Of a DNA stretch of 64,000 nt, positions 28,940 through 39,191 are shown in pieces (position 1 is the stretch's first letter; every line of letters starts with the position of its first letter). Both the position numbers and the translations under genes were made by a program. The notes beneath the pieces were generated by a model. The model was given only the letters and a program-made list of their open reading frames with translations, did no database searches and was not told the DNA's origin. This stretch comes from an uncultured delta proteobacterium (GTDB lineage Bacteria > Desulfobacterota > WTBG01). The stretch spans positions 416,001-480,000 of the forward strand of contig CAWCBP010000001.1 of the NCBI GenBank assembly GCA_963793865.1, given 5' to 3'.

Positions 28940-29678
28940 ATGGACGGAAGGGGACTAACAAAATTCTGCTATGAAACGCTGGCGCGGGAGGTAAAGCTGG
29001 AAAAGGTGCCCGGGCTTGACGACGTGGCACAGGTAAAACTGCTCAGCGGGGAAGACGGCGGCGGTATTCAGGCGTATCGGGGAGACCGGATTGACAAGGT
29101 GACGCTGGTAGATTTGAGGTTCGGCGGCGGCATCCCGGTGCCCCATCATGACCATAAGCTCGCGATCGGCTCAGAGGTATTTCAGATACTCCCGGATCTG
29201 ACCTACAAGATGCCCATCTGGGGCATCAACTCTATCGTCATGAAGGATGGAACTTACCACTTCGATACCGATTTCACCTTCGGCTTCGACCTGGTCATGG
29301 ATTATCAGTTCGCCATGAAATACTTGGAGCCGTTCAGCGCCGTCTCTAAAAAATTTTGGAACCATAAAGATTTCAAGCGGGTCAACCTGGACGATTTCAC
29401 GACGTGGGTGAGGACCTATATTTCGCCGGCGTTTGTCATGGTCGCGCACCCGGGTTGAAAACGTTTCCACCGTGTATGAACTGTGCACCGAATTCATCAA
29501 GTGCTGGCTCGCCATGTACCGCGAGGCCGAGAAAAGGGATGAAGGATTTAAGCAGGAGCAGCTCAAACGAATAAAAGCCCAGTACGGAGGCATGCAGCAG
29601 ACCGACCGGATGGGAAAAGTTATCATGAATGCCTATGGCCAGGAAACCTTTGCCAAATTTTTTAAGGCCATGCTGTAG
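28940..29678 (+). CDS. Second FDBR/RCCR-like protein (FDBR-2); frameshift near 29445
   Basis: YRGDRIDKV, PDLTYKMPIWGIN, DLV.D...KYLEP, WVRTYISPA, W...Y, TDRMGKVIMNAYGQE; ORFs 28925 and 29433 join to about 245 aa; colinear with FDBR-1. Confidence 0.65.
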
Positions 29679-29692
29679 ATTCATAACCATAA

Positions 29693-29762
29693 GGGGGACG
29701 CCCTTAAAATTCTAAAATTCATTATTGATGCCCAGAAACTTAGAAATTTAAGGGCGTCCCCC
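29693..29762. repeat. Long inverted repeat (possible terminator or palindromic element)
   Basis: gggggacgcccttaaaattctaa ... ttagaaatttaagggcgtccccc directly after the FDBR-2 stop. Confidence 0.7.
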
Positions 29763-29887
29763 CCCCTGCGCCTCACAGCTGGTGGCGCGACGGGGAATTT
29801 TTTTCCGCTCACATTCTGCTGCCTGTATTCAAGCCTTTTGCTCTTACGCTGAAGCATGGGTTCTCCTTCCTGGAGTCATGCCATTGC

Positions 29888-29912
29888 GGACGCAACGGAG
29901 TGCGTCCCTCCA
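29888..29912. repeat. REP-like hairpin
   Basis: ggacgcaacggagtgcgtccctcca; near-identical copy at 50401. Confidence 0.6.
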
Positions 29913-30099
29913 TCCCTGATATCCCAAAAAAATCACACAAATGTAATGGTTCGTTTTGTCCACCATCACATTGCAGTTCACGCCTGCCCAAAAAAATCCT
30001 CCTGCCCCTGATCCCGCTGCGCCTCGTTCCGGTAAAATCGTTTGACAAGGCGCGGCTTGTACGTTACATATTAACAATTCTGCTTTCGGAGAAAGGTGT

Positions 30100-30309
30100 A
30101 TGAAAGGATCAATCACCATTAATCAGGAACTGTGCAAGGGCTGCCTGCTCTGCGCATCGTTCTGCCCCAGGAAATCCCTCTCGCAGTCCGGTACACTCAA
30201 TCGCAAGGGATACCTTGTGGCCGCGTTTGATGCAGAGAACGGGTGCACGGGCTGCGCGACCTGCGCCCTGGTCTGCCCGGAGATTGCCATCGAGGTCTAC
30301 CGTGAATAA
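30100..30309 (+). CDS. 2-oxoacid:ferredoxin oxidoreductase delta (ferredoxin) subunit
   Basis: CKGCLLCASFCP...NRKGY...CTGCATCALVCPEIAIEV. Confidence 0.9.
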   Translation: MKGSITINQELCKGCLLCASFCPRKSLSQSGTLNRKGYLVAAFDAENGCTGCATCALVCPEIAIEVYRE

Positions 30310-31374
30310 GCAGCTCATGAGCGGCACCAGCGCCATCGGTGAGGCGGCAATCCAGGCGGGATGCAGGTTTTACTTCGGCTACCCCATCACCCCTCAGAAT
30401 GAATTGCCCGAGTACATGGCAAAGCGGCTGGCCGAGGTGCCGGGAGGCGTGTTCATTCAGGCGGAAAGCGAAATCGGGGCCATCAACATGGTCCTGGGCG
30501 CAAGCGCGGTGGGCGGCCGGGCCATGACTTCATCCAGCAGCCCGGGGATGAGTTTGAAGCAGGAGGGAATTTCCTACCTGGCCGGCCAGGAGCTGCCCGC
30601 GGTCATCGTGAACGTGGTGCGCGGGGGGCCCGGTCTCGGGTCCATCTATTCCGCCCAGTCGGACTATTTCCAGGCAACCCGCGGCGGCGGGCACGGTGAT
30701 TACCGCACCATCGTGCTGGCCCCGGCCTCGGTGCAGGAGCTCGCGGACATGACGGCCGAAGCCTTTGATCTGGCCGATACCTACCGAACGCCGGTCATCG
30801 TGCTGGCGGACGGGGTGCTGGGGCAGATGATGGAGCCGGTCAAGATACCCGCGCCCCGCAAGGAAGGTGAGCGGGACCTGGATTATATCCTGACCGGTGC
30901 CAAGGGGAGACCATCCAAAGCCATTCATTCCTTCAGAATGGACCCGCAGGACCAGGAGGAGCACAACTGGAAGCTGATGAGAAAATACAAGCTCATCGAG
31001 CAGCGCGAGATCCGCCATGAGACCTATTTGCTGGATGATGCACAACTGGTGGTGATTGCATACGGCACGGCCGCCCGCATCGCCAAGGGGGCCATCAAGC
31101 GGATGCGAAAGGAGAACATGAAGGTGGGGATGATTCGCCCCAGGACGCTCTGGCCCTTTCCGGCGCAGATCATCAAGGATACGGCAAAGCACATCCGTGA
31201 TTTTTTTGTTTTTGAGATGAGCGCGGGTCAGATGATTGAGGATGTGAAGCTGGCGCTGGAAGGAAAAGGCACGGTTCATTTCTACGGGAGGCCGGGCGGC
31301 GTTCTGCCGGCGCCCATTGAGCTCTACCGGATAATTACCAGGCATTACCTGCAGTCGCAAAGGAAGCGCAAGAC

Positions 31375-31378
<4 letters not shown>
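30302..31378 (+). CDS. vorB: 2-oxoacid:ferredoxin oxidoreductase alpha subunit (VorB-like)
   Basis: FGYPITPQNE, QAESE, MTSSSSPGMSLKQE, RGGPGLG, QSDY, GGGHGD; GTG start at 30302. Confidence 0.85.
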
Positions 31379-32108
<730 letters not shown>

Positions 32109-32115
<7 letters not shown>

Positions 32116-32654
32116 TCAAGACCGTTTTTTCGGGATTCGGCGGACAGGGGGTTCTCTCCATGGGGAACGCGGTGGCAACGGCCGCCATGCTGGAGGGCAA
32201 GCACGTCACCTATTTTCCCTCCTACGGCGCCGAGGTGAGAGGCGGCACGGCCAACTGCACCGTTTCCGTCTCCGACGAGGAGATTGCCTCGCCCGTGGCC
32301 TCTGAGCCGGAGTTCGTGGTGGCCATGAATCAGCCCGCCTTCGTCCGCTTCCAGAATTTGCTGGTATCGGGCGGACTGGCGCTGGTGAACGCTTCCATGG
32401 TAAGCGCTGCCTCGGTGAGGGGCGACATCGAGGTGGTCGAGGTGCCGACCAGCGAGCTGGCGGAGAAGCTGGGAAACATCAAGGTGGCAAACATGATCAT
32501 GCTGGGGGCATTTATCAGGGTGAGCAGCATTGTGTCATTTCCCCGCCTGCTGAAGAACCTGCCCGACATACTGGGTGCCAAGCGCGAGCGGCTTTTGAAG
32601 ATAAACCAGCAGGCCCTCGAGCTGGGACATGCATTCGTAAAGGAGGGACAGTAA
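32109..32654 (+). CDS. 2-oxoacid:ferredoxin oxidoreductase gamma subunit
   Basis: GFGGQG, PSYGAEVRGGTANC, ANMIMLGA; ATG at 32109. Confidence 0.92.
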
Positions 32655-33082
32655 TGTCCATCAAGCAGATATCCGTGAGCCTGGACAACGTGCCCGGGGC
32701 GCTTTCCAACGTGAGCGAAATCCTGGGCGATGAAGGCGTGAATATCCGGGCCATTTCAGTCGCCGACACCGCGGATATCAGCACGGTCCGATTCGTGGTG
32801 GATGAGCCCTTCAAGGCGGTGAACATTCTCAAGACCAACGGCTACGCGGTCAAGGAAACCGATGTGCTGGCGGTCGAAACGCCTGACCACCCGGGAGGCC
32901 TCAATGCCGTTCTCAAGCCTCTCAGGGATGCCGGCATCAACGTTCATTATCTCTATCCCTACCTGGGCAGGTCCAGCGACCAGGCGGTGGTGATACTGGG
33001 TGTGGATAGGACCGACGAGGCCATCAAAGTTTTAGGTGAAAACTGGGTGCGTACACTGGGTGAGGAATTATACAATCTGTGA
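32654..33082 (+). CDS. Tandem ACT domain protein
   Basis: KQISVSLDNVPGAL..NIRAISVADT; DHPGGL..INVHYLY. Confidence 0.88.
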   Translation: MSIKQISVSLDNVPGALSNVSEILGDEGVNIRAISVADTADISTVRFVVDEPFKAVNILKTNGYAVKETDVLAVETPDHPGGLNAVLKPLRDAGINVHYLYPYLGRSSDQAVVILGVDRTDEAIKVLGENWVRTLGEELYNL

Positions 33083-33117
33083 CGGTTCCGTCGCGCATAA
33101 CCTTATGAGGTAACAGC

Positions 33118-33426
33118 ATGTCTGACGTCTTGTGTGCCCTTTGCGGGAAACGGCTTTCACCGCGGAGTTTGAAATATATTGTTCGCATTCACATTGCCAC
33201 CGAGTATGACGGCTTTCATCCGGGCTGGGATGATGAGCGCCCGGCGGGCCCCCAGGGGGTTTTCAAGGAAACCATGGATCTTGAGGCGGCCGAGCTGGAA
33301 GAGCTGGTGAACGAGGAGGTGTCCGTCTACCTCTGCATTCAGTGCAAGAAGCGGTTTACCAGGGATCTTATCGAAGGCGAGGAGGAAAAGCCAACGACCA
33401 GGGATCTCAGGATCGTGTACCACTAA
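33118..33426 (+). CDS. Hypothetical protein with two CxxC pairs (possible Zn finger)
   Basis: CALCG ... LCIQCK; RBS GAGG. Confidence 0.65.
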   Translation: MSDVLCALCGKRLSPRSLKYIVRIHIATEYDGFHPGWDDERPAGPQGVFKETMDLEAAELEELVNEEVSVYLCIQCKKRFTRDLIEGEEEKPTTRDLRIVYH

Positions 33427-33430
33427 CACC

Positions 33431-33620
33431 TGGAGTGATGGAGTAATGGAGTAATGCGGTGATGGAAAAACTAAGCGGCAGGGAGCGTATGCAGCTGGAG
33501 TGGTGGAGTAATGGAGTGATGCGGTGATGGAAAAACCACGCAGCAGGTAGTTTACGTTTTACCAATACTCCAGTACTCCATTACTCCATTGCTCCACGCC
33601 TCCAGTACTCCACCCCTCCA
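33431..33620. repeat. Octamer (ggagtaat) arrays: duplicated ~40-bp block plus inverse array
   Basis: tggagtgatggagtaatggagtaatgcggtgatggaaaaa twice, then ccaatactccagtactccattactccattgctcca. Confidence 0.8.
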
Positions 33621-33667
33621 AAAATTTACCACTCCCATCCCCAGTAACTCCTCCATCATAGCCCCAC

Positions 33668-34660
33668 TCATTCCATGACTGACGGGTAGTGGCACATGAA
33701 GGGCCGGCAGGGGCGCCGGTAGGTGCTGTTATAGAGCGACCGCGCGTATTCCCTGAATTCCTTTCTGGCGGGCCGGCTGCCGGCGAGGCGGTCCAGCAGC
33801 GTTCTGAAGAAGGTCACATCGGTTGTTTTCCGCGCAGTGGTATTTCCCCTCCCCACTATTTTAAGGCTGGTGATTTTCATCTCCTTCAATTCATAAAGTG
33901 CACAGGCAGCGCAGGGGTAGTCGTCAAGGTGCACCTTCTCCCACACGCGCTGGCGCGCAATAAGCTGCGATATGTCACCCGCGGCATCCTCGGTTGCATT
34001 CTCCCGAAGCGGAATGGGCGAAATATCATAGGGGAGCATGCAGGCGTTCCGGAAAAAGGCCGGCGTCCCTTTGCCCGACAGCCCGTGCTGGAAGGTGCAG
34101 AATCCGTCGATGTTGATGCAGCGGGAGTTGAAGACAAAAACGGTCGTCTCCAGTTCCGGGCTGTTCCGTACCAGGGTCTTCATTTCGGCAAGCGTGAGGT
34201 GGCGGGGAAGGGTGATGCGGTTCGCCCCCAGTTCACCGTAAAACCTGGCAGCCCTCCAGTTAAAGACCGTTCCCCCGGTGCTGATATGAATCCCTGCGGT
34301 GCCGGAAAGCTCACGCAGCAGGTGCAGCAGGCCGTAATCGGCGATGATGAATGCGTCAACCCCGGCGTCGCGCGCCTGAGCGATGTAGTCTTTCACCAGG
34401 GGGAGCTGCTGCTTTGTGTAATAGTGCTCATTGATGGTAAAGAACACGGGAACATCATGCCGGTGGGCACGGGCCGCCGCTTCAGCCAGTTCCGCAAAAT
34501 TTCTCATGTGCCCTTTTCCCGCCGGCCGGCGGTTGATGGAAATGACCGGGTAGGGGTCGTACCAGCTTTCCTCCAGCACGCCGCAGTAAAATTCCCCCGC
34601 CCCCGCTTCAATGAGGGGTTCAACTTCCGAGGGCGAATCAAGTGGGGAGAGTATTTTCAT
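33668..34660 (-). CDS. Peptidase U32 family Fe-S protein (UbiU/TrhP-like)
   Basis: AGAGEFYCG, GVDAFIIAD, HISTGG..FN, RITLPRHLTL.E, C-x6-C...C, LKIVGR. Confidence 0.85.
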   Translation of the reverse strand: MKILSPLDSPSEVEPLIEAGAGEFYCGVLEESWYDPYPVISINRRPAGKGHMRNFAELAEAAARAHRHDVPVFFTINEHYYTKQQLPLVKDYIAQARDAGVDAFIIADYGLLHLLRELSGTAGIHISTGGTVFNWRAARFYGELGANRITLPRHLTLAEMKTLVRNSPELETTVFVFNSRCINIDGFCTFQHGLSGKGTPAFFRNACMLPYDISPIPLRENATEDAAGDISQLIARQRVWEKVHLDDYPCAACALYELKEMKITSLKIVGRGNTTARKTTDVTFFRTLLDRLAGSRPARKEFREYARSLYNSTYRRPCRPFMCHYPSVME

Positions 34661-34667
34661 ATGCTTA

Positions 34668-34795
34668 CAGGGTTGAGGGTTTAGGGTGCAGGGGACAGGG
34701 TTCAGGGTCGAAAGCTGCCGGTTTGCAGTTGCCGGGGTGCGGGTAGGGGCAGGCCCCTGTGCCTGCCCGTCTTGCATCCTTCACCCTGACCCTTC
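34668..34795. repeat. agggtt/agggtg heptamer array and partial inverse
   Basis: agggttgagggtttagggtgcaggggacagggttcaggg ... caccctgacccttc. Confidence 0.65.
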
Positions 34796-34802
34796 TTCCC
34801 TC

Positions 34803-35602
34803 CTACATCGGTATTTCCGGTTCCACCACGATCCGGTCTATCTTCCCCTCCCGTATCAGACGGTTGAGGGGATCTCCTCGTTGCTGAAGAAGATGGTGTT
34901 GCCCTTTCTCACCAGGGGAACGGTCATCACCGGGTTCCACAGCGAAAAGGCATACTGCCGGCATTCTTTTTTGCAGGGCAGGACGCCTATTTTCATCTCC
35001 CCGGGGTCATGGATGGAGGGCATGAAGCAGAACCTCGTGGTGGTTACATAGGCAAACGGCAGGTAGAGCGAGATGTGCAGGTCGTTGCTGATGCCATCCA
35101 GGTTCAACCCCTGAAGCAGATTGTCGAATTCCACCCGGGTAACCCCGTGATTTAGCAAAAATGACCCGACTTCAGGGATTGAGAGGTTCGGGGTCATAAA
35201 GTAATCCAGGGAGGTTTCGGGTATTTGGTCCCTGACGGGCACAATGCGGGGACCACGCTTAAGTTTGTTGAGCAGACGTCCCAACACGGGTTTCAGGAGG
35301 TAACCTTTTTCCCGCAGGAGGTGGAAAATACCCCAGTCATTGAAGACAATCTCGCTTTCAGGCTGCATGTCAGAAAGTGCGGAGAGGAGTTTCTCGACCT
35401 GATGCAGACCCTTGTCCGTAACGTACGGGGTGACAAGGGTGAAGTCCGCATTATGATCCCTGGCAAACCGGACTGCCTTTCTCAATTGGGCAGGCGAGGG
35501 CAGCAGGCGCTCACAGAATTCCATGCCGAAATAGAGGCGGGTAAACTCCGGGCTCCAGTATTTCAGGTTGGCGGTGCTGGAAATGAAAAGCGCTTGTTCC
35601 AT
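34803..35602 (-). CDS. U32-related partner protein (UbiV-like); frameshift near 34870
   Basis: RLYFGMEFCERLLP, EIVFNDWG, LGRLL, RVEFDN, TTTRFC..CKKEC, KGNT; the alternative frame gives the C-terminus LIREGKIDRIVVEPEIPM ending at 34803. Confidence 0.7.
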
Positions 35603-35808
35603 GGGACATACCTTAGCAAAGAAGGACGGGAAAAGCAAATACAGCAGCGGCTGAACGGCAGCACAATTCAGTTGACATACCATCTGAAAGTAACTAGAGG
35701 TACTGTAAGCAGCAACGCACACACAAAGAAGCTTTCCGGGATGAGAGAAGATCCGCACGTTTTCTATTCACCTGCGTTTCGGACGACAACAACAAAGGAG
35801 GAGGATAT

Positions 35809-36324
35809 ATGCTGGAGCGAAGCGGCGCAGTAACCATGAAAGGCAGTCCGTTGACCTTGGTTGGCCCGGAGCTGAAGGTGGGTGATAAAGCCCCCGATTG
35901 TGTTGTTTTGAACACAGACCTTGCCCCGGTGAGCCTTTCTGCATACCGCGGGAAAGTCTGCATCATTGCATCGGTACCCTCCCTGGACACGCCTGTCTGT
36001 GACATTGAGGCCCGGCAATTCAATCAGGAGGCGGCAAACATCGGACCGGATGTGACTATTCTGACCATCAGCATGGACCTTCCTTTTGCGCAGAAGCGCT
36101 GGTGTGGCGCCGCGGGCGTGGACAAACTTATTACCCTTTCAGATCATCGCGACGCCTCGTTCGGCGCAGCTTACGGCGTGCTGATTAAAGAGCTGCGCCT
36201 GCTGGCACGAAGCGTGATCATTGTCGACAAAGAGGGCGCCATCCGCTACTTCGAGCTGGTCAGGGAACTGGCCCAGGAGCCCGACTACGAGGCGGTGCTG
36301 AAGGCCCTCAAGTCCTGTCTGTAA
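35809..36324 (+). CDS. tpx: Thiol peroxidase
   Basis: VPSLDTPVC, SMDLPFAQKRWC, LLARS, EPDY. Confidence 0.95.
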   Translation: MLERSGAVTMKGSPLTLVGPELKVGDKAPDCVVLNTDLAPVSLSAYRGKVCIIASVPSLDTPVCDIEARQFNQEAANIGPDVTILTISMDLPFAQKRWCGAAGVDKLITLSDHRDASFGAAYGVLIKELRLLARSVIIVDKEGAIRYFELVRELAQEPDYEAVLKALKSCL

Positions 36325-36456
36325 GCAGGTCCCGGGAGGACGTTCGTGCGGGAATTGCATAGTACAAAGTTTACAGTTGACGGTTCGCGGTTCCCGGCAT
36401 CCGGTTGCATCCTGTAAAAGTCCGTGCCATGAAACGAGATTGATTTCAGGGAAGAC

Positions 36457-37728
36457 ATGACCCTACTCAGAACGAACGTTGCGGGATGGCCTCAAAGAAT
36501 AAACCTGGTCATCCTTTTTTTTAGCAGCAACCTGATCTGCTACATGGACCGGATCAACATCTCGGTGACCGCGCCCATGATCATGAAGGAGCTGGGCTGG
36601 GACGAGGCCGCCCTGGGCATCATCCTCTCGTCGTTCTTCGTCGGCTACACCCTGCTGCAGATACCCGGCGGCTGGCTTGCTGATCGGTTCGGGGGCAAGC
36701 TCGTCCTTAGCTGCGGTGTGCTCTGGTGGTCGCTTTTTACCCTGATCACCCCGCTGGCGCGATCGGTCACCGGCATGGCGGTTTTCAGAGCCCTCATGGG
36801 CCTGGGGGAAGGGGTCAATTTCCCCTCCGTCCAGAGCCTGACCGCGCGCTGGGTCCCCGCCGGGGAGCGATCGCGGGTGATGGGCTTCATCCTCTCCGGC
36901 GTTTCAGTGGGCAACATTATAGCATTTCCCCTGGCAACCTGGATCATGCTTACCCTGGGATGGCGCTGGGTGTTTTATGTCTTTTCTCTTTTCGGCTTCA
37001 TCTGGTGCGCCTTCTGGCTTCGGCTGGCCTCCAACACGCCCGAGGAGCATCCAGCCATCCATCCTCAGGAGCTCGCGTATATCCAGGCAAACCGGCCCCC
37101 GGTCGGCGCCGCTGGGGGAGTGCCCTGGAAGGTGCTTCTGAGCAAGTCTCCCGTCTGGGCCCTGGTGATAAACCACTTCTGCGTGAGCTGGGGTTTTTTC
37201 ATGTTTCTCACCTGGCTTCCCACCTACCTGGTTAAGGCCCACGGATTTTCAATCAAAGAGATGGGCGTCTATTCCATGCTTCCCTATATGGCCATGGTTG
37301 CCGGCAGCAACGGAACCGGATGGCTGGCTGACTATTGCATCATGCGTACCGGATCCATCACGGCGGTTCGCAAGGCGGTTCACTCCATAAGCCTGCTCGG
37401 CGGCGCTTTTTTCCTGATTTTGCTGGCAACGGCCGAAACCAAAACCGCTGCCATCACCTTCATTACCCTGGCGCTGGGCATGCTCTCAATGACCGGCAGC
37501 TCCACCGGGCCCAACGCCATGGATATCGCGCCCCGCTACGCCGGCACCATCATGGGCATGCAGACAACGGCGGGAAATATTGCTGGCGTTGTGGTCCCCC
37601 TGGTGGTCGGTGTACTGGTATCACTGAGCGGCCGCTGGGACCTCATATTTTACCTGGCGGCGGGGGTTTTAATCCTGGGTGTTGTCATCTGGGATTTTTT
37701 TGCCACCGGCGACCAGATCATTGATTAA
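36457..37728 (+). CDS. MFS transporter, anion:cation symporter (ACS) family
   Basis: YMDRINIS, QIPGGWLADRFG, GLGEGVNFP, TWLPTYL; about 12 hydrophobic segments. Confidence 0.9.
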   Translation: MTLLRTNVAGWPQRINLVILFFSSNLICYMDRINISVTAPMIMKELGWDEAALGIILSSFFVGYTLLQIPGGWLADRFGGKLVLSCGVLWWSLFTLITPLARSVTGMAVFRALMGLGEGVNFPSVQSLTARWVPAGERSRVMGFILSGVSVGNIIAFPLATWIMLTLGWRWVFYVFSLFGFIWCAFWLRLASNTPEEHPAIHPQELAYIQANRPPVGAAGGVPWKVLLSKSPVWALVINHFCVSWGFFMFLTWLPTYLVKAHGFSIKEMGVYSMLPYMAMVAGSNGTGWLADYCIMRTGSITAVRKAVHSISLLGGAFFLILLATAETKTAAITFITLALGMLSMTGSSTGPNAMDIAPRYAGTIMGMQTTAGNIAGVVVPLVVGVLVSLSGRWDLIFYLAAGVLILGVVIWDFFATGDQIID

Positions 37729-37743
37729 TGAATGTAAATATTT

Positions 37744-37768
37744 GGATTCCTGCTTCCGCGGGAATGAC
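37744..37768. repeat. Palindromic element arm (ggattcc..gcgggaatgac type)
   Basis: ggattcctgcttccgcgggaatgac; related paired element at 52851-52923. Confidence 0.6.
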
Positions 37769-37834
37769 ATAGTGTTGATATTTTTTTTATTGGGTGTAAT
37801 CCCCGTGAGCGGTGATCCATTAGTGTATTCAAAT

Positions 37835-37862
37835 GTAGGGGCGACCGGCCGGTCGCCCCTAC
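37835..37862. repeat. Perfect 28-bp GTAG-type REP palindrome
   Basis: gtaggggcgaccggccggtcgcccctac is its own reverse complement. Confidence 0.85.
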
Positions 37863-37910
37863 GAATCAAACCATTGAATTATTTCAGTTGTGTCTTCGCA
37901 AGAATCCCTA

Positions 37911-37939
37911 TTGACAATTGTTATTTTTTAAGGTAGTTT
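37911..37939 (+). promoter_or_regulatory. sigma70-type promoter candidate for serC-like/serA/purA
   Basis: TTGACA-17 nt-TAGTTT. Confidence 0.55.
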
Positions 37940-38036
37940 CGCCGCTTGTGAATGCGTCCTGATTCATACGCGACGCGTGAAAAATCAGGTGTTTCGTTTC
38001 GGCAAAACAGTTCTTACCAGTGGAGGAGAAACCGCA

Positions 38037-39176
38037 ATGCAGAAGAAATATTTGCTTTTCGCCCCGGGCCCGTCGCCCATCCCGCCCAATGTGCTTTTGG
38101 CCATGGCCGAGCCCATCATCCACCACCGGGCGCCGGCTTATATTAAGGTGCTGGAAGAGGTCCGGGAGGGACTGAAGTATGTTTTTCAGACCAAAAATGA
38201 GGTGCTCATCTTTGCCGCCTCCGGCACGGGCGCCATGGAAGGCGCGGTGACCAATACCCTGTGTGCCGGCGACAAGGTGCTGGTGGTGCAGGGCGGAAAA
38301 TTCGGCGAGCGGTGGGCGAACATCTGCAAGGCCTACGGCGTGCACGCGAAAATCATCCACGTGGAGTGGGGGAAAGCGGTTGATCCCGAGCTGATCAAAA
38401 AGGCGCTGGAGGTGGAGCCTTCCCTGCGGGCGGTCTTGATCCAGGCCAGCGAAACCTCGACCGGCGTCATGCATCCCGTCCGCGAAATCGCCGAGATTGT
38501 GAAGAAGCATGATAACACCATCCTGATTGTCGATGCCATAACCGGCCTGGGCGTTTTTGATCTGCCCACGGACAAGTGGGGATTGGATGTACTGGTGGGC
38601 GGCTCTCAGAAGGCGATGATGCTGCCGCCGGGACTTGCCTTCGCCGCGCTCACCGACAAGGCGTGGGGGTTTGTTGAAAAGGCAACCCTGCCCCGGTTTT
38701 ATTTTGATTTCAAACGGGAACTGAAAAACATAAAGGAAAACCAGAGTGCCTGGACGCCGGCGGTTACTCTGGTGGTGGGGCTGCGCGAGGTGCTGCGCAT
38801 GATCAGGGAAGAGGGACTGGAGAACGTGTTTGCCCGCACCGACCGGATTGCCCGGGCAACCCGCGAGGCCATGAAGGCGCTGGGACTTGCGCTCTTCGCC
38901 CCGGATTCGCCCAGCAACGCGGTGACCGCGATCGTGGCCCCTCCGGGCGTTGACGGGCAGAAGGTGGTGAAGGTGCTGCGCGAGAAGCATAACATCACCA
39001 TCGCCGGCGGACAGGATCAGGCCAAGGGCAAGATTTTCAGGATCGCCCACTTCGGTTACATGGACACCTATGATATCGTCACCGCGGTTGCGGCTGTGGA
39101 GCTGACCCTGAAAGAGCTGGGGTATGATGTCAAACTGGGAAGCGGGGTCAAGGCGGCACTGGAAGTGCTGGGCTAA
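38037..39176 (+). CDS. Class V PLP aminotransferase (alanine/serine-glyoxylate type; probable phosphoserine aminotransferase role)
   Basis: PGPSP, HHR, SGTGAME, ETSTG, VDAI, GSQKAMMLPPG; directly upstream of serA. Confidence 0.88.
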   Translation: MQKKYLLFAPGPSPIPPNVLLAMAEPIIHHRAPAYIKVLEEVREGLKYVFQTKNEVLIFAASGTGAMEGAVTNTLCAGDKVLVVQGGKFGERWANICKAYGVHAKIIHVEWGKAVDPELIKKALEVEPSLRAVLIQASETSTGVMHPVREIAEIVKKHDNTILIVDAITGLGVFDLPTDKWGLDVLVGGSQKAMMLPPGLAFAALTDKAWGFVEKATLPRFYFDFKRELKNIKENQSAWTPAVTLVVGLREVLRMIREEGLENVFARTDRIARATREAMKALGLALFAPDSPSNAVTAIVAPPGVDGQKVVKVLREKHNITIAGGQDQAKGKIFRIAHFGYMDTYDIVTAVAAVELTLKELGYDVKLGSGVKAALEVLG

Positions 39177-39191
39177 GGAGGAGAACAGGGC

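Noticed and set aside
29456..29458. Selenocysteine read-through at TGA ends of split ORFs (also 25952, 34856, 49017)
   Set aside because: The continuation is in a different frame in each case, so these are frameshifts, not in-frame UGA.
24936..29678. Calling AOR-2, the ferredoxin and FDBR-2 pseudogenes or programmed frameshifts
   Set aside because: Single indels of the same kind hit purA and many other genes, and no slippery heptamer plus stimulator is evident.
33431..33620. Possible CRISPR array
   Set aside because: Short-period degenerate octamers with only two ~40-bp blocks, no regular unique spacers and no cas genes.
36411..36430. sigma54-like TGGCAC on the minus strand
   Set aside because: The -12 element is poor (TTTAC) and it points antisense into tpx.
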